Source: Dehalococcoidia bacterium (GTDB taxonomy: Bacteria; Chloroflexota; Dehalococcoidia; SM23-28-2; RBG-16-64-32). From it: DNA of 64,000 bases. Below are positions 56,782 through 64,000 of this stretch, in pieces. The translations under genes were made by a program, and so were the position numbers. Numbering within the stretch: the first letter of the stretch is position 1; every line of letters begins with the position of its first letter. The notes under the pieces were generated by a model. That model made no database searches, was not told the origin of the DNA, and saw only the letters and a list, made by a program, of their open reading frames with translations. Location: assembly GCA_963665775.2 (NCBI GenBank), contig CAXXTF010000002.1, positions 1,120,001 through 1,184,000 on the forward strand. The letters are read 5' to 3'.

Positions 56782-58485
56782 CCCGAATCCACCGAAGGAC
56801 GGCCTTGGGGACAGTCCTTGAAGAAGCCATCGGGTGCTCCTCTGAATCTGGGATAATGGTTTTGGAACAGAAACCAGCCCGGAAACAAGGAGCACCCAAT
56901 AGATGCTACCACAGAACAAACCCGACCGTATCCGCATCCTCTTTGACGACCATCGCCTGGTGGCCAATGCCGGCCTGCTCCTGCCAGCCACCCTAGCCCG
57001 GCACCTGGGCCTGCGGGAACTCGTCGACCATCACCTTGACCTCGGCGGAGCGCCGGGACGGGCGAACACTGGGGACAAGATGCTGACGCTGGTCGCTTCC
57101 GCGCTGGCAGGCGGCGACTGCATCGACGACGCCGATGCGCTGCGCGCTGGTGGGACGGTCGGTGTTCTAGGCTGCGTGGTCAAGGCGCCATCCACCCTGG
57201 GGACCTTCCTGCGCAGCTTCCGGTGGGGGCATGTCCGTCAACTCGACCGCGTGAGCCGCCAGTTGTTGGCCCGGGCCTGGGCCGCTGGGGCCGGACCCGG
57301 CGACTCGCCCCTGACCATCGACCTGGACTCGACCATCTGCGAGACCTATGGACTGGCCAAGGAGGGAGCGCGCCACCACGGCTATACCGGCGCCCGCGGC
57401 TATCACCCGCTGCTGGCCATTGCCGCCGGCACCGGCGAGGTGCTGATGTCCCGGCTGCGCGAGGGCCGGGCCAACACCGCCCGTGGCGCCGCCCACTTCC
57501 TGCGTGAGACGGTGGGGCGGGTGCGCTACGGCGGGGCCAGGGGACAACTCACGGTGCGGGCCGACAGCGGCTTCTACGCCCACACTGTCGTTGCCGCCTG
57601 CCGGGAAATGGATGTCCGCTTCTCTATCACCATCCGCCAGCGCGCCAGCCTGCGGGACCTGATCGAGGCGATACCAGAGGAGGACTGGACTCCCATTCCC
57701 TACTGGATGGACGGCGCCGCCGATGTCGCCGAGACGACTTACACCCCGTTCCAGACCAAGCCGGACGCCGCGCCGGTGCGGCTCATTGTCCGGCGGGTGA
57801 AGCCGACGCCCGGTTCCCAGCTCGCCCTCTTCGCCAGATACAGCTATCACGCCTTCATCACCGACCGCGATGGGGAGACGCTGGAACTGGAGGCTGATCA
57901 TCGCCGCCACGCCGAGGTCGAGAACGCCATACGCGACCTCAAGTACGGCGTCGGGCTGAACCACATGCCGTCGGGGCGCTTCGCCGCCAACGGCGCCTGG
58001 CTGGCGGGCCAGGTGATGGCGCATAACCTGGCCCGCTGGACAGCCCGCATCGGCCTGGGTCAGCAGATCGTGACCACCAAGACCCTCAGGCGGCGGGTCT
58101 TCGCTCTCGTGGGACGGATCACCCGCTCGGCGCGCCGCCTCACTTTGCATCTCCCCCGGCGCTGGCCTTGGGAAACCCAGTTCAGTCGCGCCTTGGCCCG
58201 GCTGCAAGCCATTCCATTCCCGGCCTGACGGCCAGCCTGCAACTGACCCAACGTCCCCGCAATCTCGCGCCACCCCGGTCGCGAGAGTCCCCTGCTGCGT
58301 ATCCTCTCGCCATCCCGCGCATCGCAACTCCCGCATAGGGCCTTAGGGGCCCTGTGCGGCGACTGAAGACCGTCCGCCGGCCTCCCATCTACCCCAAGAC
58401 CCCAGGCCATCTCCCCTGTAGCTCCCTCACCCACCCCCTTCCGCTGTCCTCACGCCGTCCATCCGTGTCCTTCGGTGGATTCGGG
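56782..58485 (+). mobile_element. IS1380-family insertion sequence
   Basis: 19-bp perfect terminal IRs CCCGAATCCACCGAAGGAC (56782-56800 and 58467-58485) enclosing the transposase. Confidence 0.92.
56903..58228 (+). CDS. IS1380-family DDE transposase
   Basis: LVANAGL, APSTLGTFL, TIDLDST, GYHPL, VRADSGF, HAEVENAIRDLKYG, RRLTLHLP. Confidence 0.93.
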   Translation: MLPQNKPDRIRILFDDHRLVANAGLLLPATLARHLGLRELVDHHLDLGGAPGRANTGDKMLTLVASALAGGDCIDDADALRAGGTVGVLGCVVKAPSTLGTFLRSFRWGHVRQLDRVSRQLLARAWAAGAGPGDSPLTIDLDSTICETYGLAKEGARHHGYTGARGYHPLLAIAAGTGEVLMSRLREGRANTARGAAHFLRETVGRVRYGGARGQLTVRADSGFYAHTVVAACREMDVRFSITIRQRASLRDLIEAIPEEDWTPIPYWMDGAADVAETTYTPFQTKPDAAPVRLIVRRVKPTPGSQLALFARYSYHAFITDRDGETLELEADHRRHAEVENAIRDLKYGVGLNHMPSGRFAANGAWLAGQVMAHNLARWTARIGLGQQIVTTKTLRRRVFALVGRITRSARRLTLHLPRRWPWETQFSRALARLQAIPFPA

Positions 58486-58492
58486 GTTACCC

Positions 58493-58696
58493 CTATGCTA
58501 TTGCCCCGGATACCAGTCCCAGCAGCATGTGCCCCCTTAGCTGGCCCAACTGCTGGCGGAACTCCGGGTCTTCTAGTCGCCGGTAGACAGTCCGCTCGGA
58601 TATGCCGGCCTCAGTGGCTGCGGCCTCAACCGTCCTTCCGCCAGCCAATAGCGCGACGAGGCGAGAATTCGCCCTTGTCCTGTCACCGCCTGCCAT
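58493..58696 (-). CDS. Small HTH protein (terminase small subunit-like HTH), possibly truncated
   Basis: LLAGGRTVEAAATEAGISERTVYRRLEDPEF. Confidence 0.65.
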   Translation of the reverse strand: MAGGDRTRANSRLVALLAGGRTVEAAATEAGISERTVYRRLEDPEFRQQLGQLRGHMLLGLVSGAIA

Positions 58697-58854
58697 CTAG
58701 CGCCACCTCGACGATGCGAAGGCACCAATGCCCGATTTGTGATCCTCTTTATATAGGGCGTTACACCGTTCCTCTAGCCGCTTCATTCTTTGGTAATGGG
58801 GTAACGGCATATATACCGTAAGCGTTCCGTCGTTACGATCTCTAATGCACGTTC

Positions 58855-60060
58855 TCAGAGTGTCCTCCATCGGAAGGGTTTAGTGCCTTCCGAAGCCACC
58901 TTCCCCCTCTTCTTCAGCCGCTTCAGTCGTCCTAGCGCCGCATGTGTTTCGACACCCAGGGCTCCAGCGAATTCGGCGGTAGTAGGGCGATCCAGTCCTT
59001 TAAGAGCATCCAGGGTCTCTTCCTGGTCATCCGTGAGGCCGGCTGGCTCATGATGAAGCCGTCCCTCATGTCCCAGAGTAATGTCGAAATCGTCCGGAGG
59101 GGGCATCGTGCGGGACTCGATATGAACCCTCGCTCTGGCTGTCTCAGTACCCTGCCTGTCGACAGCCTTGAGAAAGATGCGGAGGTCAGGCGCATCGATG
59201 AGACGGCCGGAGCCCCTGGCCCGTCGTTCCCTGTCCTTCGGGTCATGGTGCACGAAAATGATGGTTCGACCCTTATCCCTGAGTTCCTTGAGGCGATCGA
59301 TTACTTCTGTGACGTCCGAGGCACGGTTCTCATCGAACACTCGGCCTCCTGGCCACATTTCGGACATGGGATCGAGGAGAAGGAAGGTGATATGCTCCTG
59401 GGTCATCAAGGTGTCAAGCTGTAGCATGTTTTCGGAGTCGATGCGAAAATTCTGGCGGCTAATAACGAGAAGGCGATCCCACCAATCGGCCTCGGGGCCG
59501 GCACGGGCTATCATTCTCCGGTCGAAGACCCCAGTGTGGATTTCGTTCTGAACGATAAGAGCCTTGCCTGGCCGCTGCACTGTGAACCTACCGAATGCTG
59601 GCAGGCCGGAAGCTATTGAGATAGCCAGTTCAGCGCCCATGCGGGACTTGAGGCGATTTGCCGGGCCGGTCAGTATACCGACTTTACCCTCCCTGCAGAT
59701 CCCATCTATCTGCATCGGTGGCTCTGGTACGGGGTTCGCCGCTATTTCGCGAAGAGTCCGATACTTCGGCTGACGGTCTGGCGTCCGTCCGTTATTGCTC
59801 CGGGCTTGAACGAAATGTTCCTTTCTGGCCTCGGCAGCGCCATCTGGAATTAAGTCACAGCGGTCTACGGGCAAACGGCAGTTCGTGCATAGCAGGGAGC
59901 CATCCGGCGCTTCCTTGACGGACTTCCGACAGAGAGGACAGGCGACCCCAGGGAGCGTTGGCAACGTCATCCCGCGCCTCGTCCCTTGCTGAAGGGTCGC
60001 TCCCTGGTAGCCCCGGTGAGCCAGCGCCTGTAAGTCAACCTCTACGACCCCCGAGCTCAT
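58855..60060 (-). CDS. AAA_25/RepA-like helicase with N-terminal Zn ribbon and C-terminal wHTH (start may be 59970)
   Basis: CPLC..CTNC; variant Walker A GPANRLKS; Walker B LLLDP; IFVHH; ARGSG. Confidence 0.8.
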   Translation of the reverse strand: MSSGVVEVDLQALAHRGYQGATLQQGTRRGMTLPTLPGVACPLCRKSVKEAPDGSLLCTNCRLPVDRCDLIPDGAAEARKEHFVQARSNNGRTPDRQPKYRTLREIAANPVPEPPMQIDGICREGKVGILTGPANRLKSRMGAELAISIASGLPAFGRFTVQRPGKALIVQNEIHTGVFDRRMIARAGPEADWWDRLLVISRQNFRIDSENMLQLDTLMTQEHITFLLLDPMSEMWPGGRVFDENRASDVTEVIDRLKELRDKGRTIIFVHHDPKDRERRARGSGRLIDAPDLRIFLKAVDRQGTETARARVHIESRTMPPPDDFDITLGHEGRLHHEPAGLTDDQEETLDALKGLDRPTTAEFAGALGVETHAALGRLKRLKKRGKVASEGTKPFRWRTL

Positions 60061-60235
60061 GTTCCTGCTCGCCTAGCAGGCGCTCCAGCTCGGCACGGGG
60101 CACTTTTAGAAGGCGGCCCACTCGCAGGATACGGCACGGAAATTTGCCCCTTCGAGCCAGGTCGTATGCAAGCCACCGTGAGATGCCGATCTCTTTCGCT
60201 GCTGCCTCGATGGACAATGTCCTATTGCCTTCCAC
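60035..60235 (-). CDS. Excisionase / HTH_17 DNA-binding protein
   Basis: TLSIEAAAKEIGISRWLAYDLARRGKFP..RVGRLLKVPRAELERLL; GAGGAGG RBS before GTG 60235. Confidence 0.85.
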   Translation of the reverse strand: MEGNRTLSIEAAAKEIGISRWLAYDLARRGKFPCRILRVGRLLKVPRAELERLLGEQEHELGGRRG

Positions 60236-60341
60236 CTCTTGCCTCCTCAGGATGGTGATGGGTTGACCTAGTTTCGTGATGAAGCGTAAAGTAGTATAGT
60301 ATGTAGAGACAAGCTGAGATGCTATTAGTTTTGCAATACTA

Positions 60342-61193
60342 GTGATGGAAACTACGACTATATCGGCTTTCACGTGGCCACGAGGCGAGTCCGAAGGGTG
60401 GAGCGTTCTGGCGGATGTGGCCAACCTCCCTCCTTTAATAGTCTACGACCAAGGCTGGCCGCATCCGTGGGACAATCCTTACCGGCCGTTGGATGAGGTG
60501 CCACGCCTCTTCGAGGAGCTAGCGGCGCTTGGCGCAAGAGCTTGCCAAGAGGGAGAGCGAATAGCGAGCGAAATTGATGCGGAAGTTCCGGCGTGGAGAG
60601 GACGGGGAGAACCAAGTGAGATAGCTAGACGAGGTGAACCACTCGGGCCACCTGATTGGAGTGTCTCGGCCGCAGAGGACAGGGGTATCCAACAGCGAGT
60701 TCTAAGATTCGTGCGCGATCATGGACCGTTACGTATTCCCCGAACCGAACTTACCCCCATTGGGTGGCGGGTGGCTGACTTTATCAGTGAAGCATACGAA
60801 CTCAACAAAGCACTAGTACTAACCCGGCAGGTACGCTCGCTTGAAAAAGATGCGCTGGACGACGAGGAGCGGCGCAGTGACAGCGAACTCTCCGGCCTGC
60901 AGCTGGATCTCCAGATGGCTATTTCAACCTACCTCCCGGTGGTATCCCTTGTCCTGCTTAGAGATGACCGTTCTGGTCGGCTCCAAACCGGATTTTCCTG
61001 TCAGAATCTGATCTCCGCAGCCTGGCTTCAAGCCTACGAGGCGTTCACGGGTGGTCGGAGTTTGAGCACCTGCAATGGCTGCGGACGCCTCTATGCGATG
61101 GTTGACCCACGTCAGGAATACCATGATGCGGGATGCAGGAATCGCAGTAATGCACGTCGTTCTCGCGAGAGACAGAAAGGAGCGCATCGATGA
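60342..61193 (+). CDS. Hypothetical protein with C-terminal CGNR-like zinc finger
   Basis: CNGCGRLY....RQEYHDAGCRNRSNARRSR; overlaps the integrase start (ATGA). Confidence 0.65.
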   Translation: MMETTTISAFTWPRGESEGWSVLADVANLPPLIVYDQGWPHPWDNPYRPLDEVPRLFEELAALGARACQEGERIASEIDAEVPAWRGRGEPSEIARRGEPLGPPDWSVSAAEDRGIQQRVLRFVRDHGPLRIPRTELTPIGWRVADFISEAYELNKALVLTRQVRSLEKDALDDEERRSDSELSGLQLDLQMAISTYLPVVSLVLLRDDRSGRLQTGFSCQNLISAAWLQAYEAFTGGRSLSTCNGCGRLYAMVDPRQEYHDAGCRNRSNARRSRERQKGAHR

Positions 61194-62329
61194 GAGGACA
61201 TATCAGGCGGCGCGGCGAGAAGTGGGTGGTCGTTGTAGATACCGGCGTCGACGTAAATGGCCGCCGCAAGCAGAGATGGCACTCGGGCTTCGACACTAAG
61301 CGAGACGCCTCGAAGGCGCTGACGGAGATCCTGGGCCGGTTGCAGTCCGGCCTCTACGTGGAGCCATCGAAGGAGACCCTCACCCATTTTTTGCGCGGCT
61401 GGCTAGCTGCTATCCGGCCGAAGCTTAGACCCTCGACCTGGGCGTCCTATCAGATGAACGTCGAGTCGCATATCATCCCGCGTATCGGCACGACACCCCT
61501 CCAGGGCCTCACTGCGGCTGGCCTGAACGCTTTCTACGCGGAACTGCTAGAGAGTGGCAGGAGGGGAGGCAGCGGAGGTCTAAGCGCCCGTACGGTGCGT
61601 TACAACCACACCATCCTGCGGAAGGCCCTCTCCGAGGCAGTGAGGTGGAATCAGCTTGCTCGGAATGTTTCGGATCTTGCCGATCCACCGCGCCAGAGCT
61701 CAACTAGTGGCCAGATGCGAACCTGGAGTGCCCAGGAGCTTCGCGCCTTCTTGGAGCAGGTGAACGATGATCGCTTATACGCGGCGTGGCTCGTGGCCGC
61801 CACGACAGGTATGCGGAGGGGTGAGGTGCTGGGCCTGCGCTGGCGGGATGTCGATCTCGACGCAGGCAGGATAGCCGTGACGCAGACTCTCGTTACAGTA
61901 CGGAACAAGCCATCGTATTCCACTCCCAAGACGGCGAAAGGGAGGCGATCCGTGGCGCTGGACGCGGCCACTGTGGCCGCCCTGCGTGAGCATCGCAGGG
62001 CTCAGATTGAGGAACGGCTCGTGTTCGGGCAGGATTGGCCGGACAGCGACCTAGTATTTCGTCTTGAGGATGGGGAGGCGATTCATCCCGACCGCTTCTC
62101 CGCCTGGTTCGAGCGGCACATCAAGGCCACTGGCTTACCACCTATCCGCCTTCATGATCTGCGGCACACACATGCGACACTCGCCCTAAGCGCCGGTGTC
62201 CACCCAAAGGTGGTTAGTGAGAGACTTGGCCACGCAACGGTATCCATTACTTTGGACACCTACTCTCACGCGATTCCAGCAATGCAGGAGGAAGCCGCTG
62301 AGAAGGTGGCTGCGCTGGTATTCGGCTAG
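61190..62329 (+). CDS. Tyrosine integrase (ICE/prophage type with arm-binding domain)
   Basis: MRGHIRRRG arm-binding domain, TGMRRGEVLGLRW, HDLRHTHAT, ERLGHA..ITLDTYSH. Confidence 0.95.
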   Translation: MRGHIRRRGEKWVVVVDTGVDVNGRRKQRWHSGFDTKRDASKALTEILGRLQSGLYVEPSKETLTHFLRGWLAAIRPKLRPSTWASYQMNVESHIIPRIGTTPLQGLTAAGLNAFYAELLESGRRGGSGGLSARTVRYNHTILRKALSEAVRWNQLARNVSDLADPPRQSSTSGQMRTWSAQELRAFLEQVNDDRLYAAWLVAATTGMRRGEVLGLRWRDVDLDAGRIAVTQTLVTVRNKPSYSTPKTAKGRRSVALDAATVAALREHRRAQIEERLVFGQDWPDSDLVFRLEDGEAIHPDRFSAWFERHIKATGLPPIRLHDLRHTHATLALSAGVHPKVVSERLGHATVSITLDTYSHAIPAMQEEAAEKVAALVFG

Positions 62330-62660
62330 GTCGTGGACGCCTTCCCGATTAAGGCCGTCACGGTGGCGGTCACTTGTGGCATTTGACCGCCTCTTCGGCG
62401 GGGGTATAATCCGAACGTATTTCCGAACTCTTGCCCGCGCCCGCCTGGTCGCCTGTGCCGTAGGAGGACTGTGATACAAGAACTCCGTTCGTATTGAAGC
62501 GGCAACTAGGCGGTGGGCGCATGTTTGCATTTCGTTTGCAAAACGGCACTCCCGTGATTCGCAGAACCTCTGGGCAAGTGCTAAATCGACCTGATTCAGA
62601 TACGATTTGGGTGCCTCTGGCGGGGTCATGCGAGCCAGGTCGGCGGTTAGCTAGGGGATT

Positions 62661-63848
62661 ATGAGGCACCTAGCTATAGCTCTATCGAACTCCGGCGGGC
62701 CACGCAGGCAGGGAATCGCGCTGCGCCTGCGGCGATTGAGCCTGTTGACGAGCCGCAAAGCCATGGTACCGGTGCCCCCAGTGATAGCGCCGCCGGCCTC
62801 CTCGGTGACAATCATCGTTCCGGCGCGTGACGAGGAGCGGGGCATTGAGGCCTGTGTCCGTTCTCTGCTCGATCAAACGTACGCCAACTACGAGTTGACC
62901 GTAGTCGATGACAGATCAGAGGACGCCACCCCGGCTATCTTGCAGCGGCTAGCAGGAGAGTCGTCGCGGCTACGGGTTATAGCGGCGCCGCCGCTGCCTG
63001 TCGGCTGGGTCGGCCAGACCTGGGCGTGGCGGACGGCAGCAGTTCCGGCAACCAGCGAATGGCTCCTCTTCACCGACGCCGATACCCAACATGAGCCAAG
63101 GACCCTGGCGGCGGTCGTCGCCTTCGCCGAGTCCCACGACCTGGACATGCTCTCGCTAATCACTGGGCAAGAGCTCGTGACCTTTTGGGAAAGAGCCATC
63201 ATGCCAGCTATCTTTGCCCTGGCAATGCAGGCGGGCGGCTCCCTGGAGGAGGTAAACGATCCTGCCTCTCCGGTGGCCAAGGCGAACGGACAGTTCATAC
63301 TCATCCGCAGGGCCGTCTTAGAAGCCGTGGGCGGTCACGAGGCGGTTAGAGGCGAGGTGCTGAACGACCAAGCCATGGCCAGGCTCATCAAAGGCCATGG
63401 TTACAGGATAATTTTGGCCGACGGTCGCGACTGGGTGCGAACGCGGATGTACCACTCCCTGAGGGAGATCTGGGGGGGCTTCACCAAGAACGTTTTCTTC
63501 GCCGCTAAACAGAGCCTCGCCAAAGTATTGTTCGGCGCGATCGTCCTCTTGAGCCTATCGTTGGGACCGTTTGCGCTGATCGGTTTAGGCATTGCCTGGC
63601 TGGTCACCGGCTCGGGCGGCTTCTGGCCCTGGCTGGCCCTCTCGCTGGGCGGGTTGGGAATCCTGTGGCAGGTGGTGCGCGGCGCAGGGATGGCAGCGGC
63701 GCTGCGCGTTCCGATTGCCTATGGTGTCTTCCATCCGTTGGGAGTCAGCGTCTTTGTGGGCATTATGCTCAATTCGGCCTTCCAGGTGCTGTCCGGACGC
63801 GGCGTCACCTGGAAGGGCCGCGCTTACATCAAGCGAAGTGACCGCTAG
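62661..63848 (+). CDS. GT2 glycosyltransferase (carotenoid/hopanoid glycosyltransferase-like); start uncertain
   Basis: IIVPARDEE, VVDDRSED, LFTDAD, ANGQFILIRR, RMY...W.GFTKN, WKGR. Confidence 0.85.
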   Translation: MRHLAIALSNSGGPRRQGIALRLRRLSLLTSRKAMVPVPPVIAPPASSVTIIVPARDEERGIEACVRSLLDQTYANYELTVVDDRSEDATPAILQRLAGESSRLRVIAAPPLPVGWVGQTWAWRTAAVPATSEWLLFTDADTQHEPRTLAAVVAFAESHDLDMLSLITGQELVTFWERAIMPAIFALAMQAGGSLEEVNDPASPVAKANGQFILIRRAVLEAVGGHEAVRGEVLNDQAMARLIKGHGYRIILADGRDWVRTRMYHSLREIWGGFTKNVFFAAKQSLAKVLFGAIVLLSLSLGPFALIGLGIAWLVTGSGGFWPWLALSLGGLGILWQVVRGAGMAAALRVPIAYGVFHPLGVSVFVGIMLNSAFQVLSGRGVTWKGRAYIKRSDR

Positions 63849-63914
63849 GCAGTATTTCTATATACCGCTGGCGTGGATAGGGAAACACCCCTGATCACGA
63901 AAACACGCTCAGGG

Positions 63915-64000
63915 CTAATGCCGCAGGTCGCGGACGCGCAGGGCCTTTGGCCCCAGATGCAGGTTCTCCACCGCTTCTACCTTCAGCTCAAACGCCTGGG
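63915..64000 (-). CDS. 3' end of an unidentified gene entering from beyond the window
   Basis: Open frame QAFELKVEAVENLHLGPKALRVRDLRH* ending at TAG 63917-63915. Confidence 0.35.
   Translation of the reverse strand, partial: QAFELKVEAVENLHLGPKALRVRDLRH

Larger units (their letters stand above)
58486..62620. mobile_element. Compact integrative element (satellite/ICE-like); boundaries approximate
   Basis: int plus regulator divergent from xis-helicase-HTH; GTTTGCA direct repeats at 62523 and 62534 after int. Confidence 0.7.

Noticed and set aside
56764-56991. N-terminal extension of the 348-aa ORF
   Set aside because: It lies mostly within the IS1380 left end, so it is a fortuitous open frame.
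62608-62625. tRNA-3'-end-like sequence (reverse complement CCCGCCAGAGGCACC) as att site
   Set aside because: It does not match tRNA-Ser or tRNA-Ala in this window, has no T-loop, and no second copy was found. No direct repeat of the tRNA-Ser 3' end was found either.

Overview
GC-rich bacterial chromosome segment. Gene content (Tat-signal family-5 solute-binding protein, many MaoC/hot-dog proteins, Pro/Thr-linker surface proteins, a dockerin-like protein) suggests Chloroflexota/Dehalococcoidia; this is inference. The 1-41.8 kb region is mostly core genome: polA (partial), a HadA/HadB-like-fabF-thioesterase-acyltransferase lipid operon, ECF sigma, nfo, a three-gene transcarboxylase-like operon, korAB, aconitase, rsmG, tRNA-Ala, leuS, coaD, rsmD, greA, lysS and serS. 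The 42-52.5 kb region is a catabolic cluster with an isochorismatase, two peptide-type ABC permeases, a binding protein and two tandem near-identical molybdopterin oxidoreductases. The 52.8-62.6 kb region around tRNA-Ser is an integration hotspot with three tyrosine-recombinase relics, an IS1380 and a compact satellite/ICE-like module. Best hidden signals: (1) a heavy-metal-associated (HMA) protein missed by the ORF track, with CxxU (in-frame UGA plus SECIS-like hairpin), overlapping the nfo start; (2) a minimal PD-(D/E)XK-like plus PIN two-gene islet after tRNA-Ala; (3) a perfect 26-bp inverted repeat at the 5' end of the ECF sigma gene; (4) a terminator in the greA leader; (5) mosaic duplicated molybdoenzymes; (6) a PICI-like element with a CGNR-type zinc-finger protein in the repressor slot. 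All calls come from reading motifs by eye; no database searches were run.
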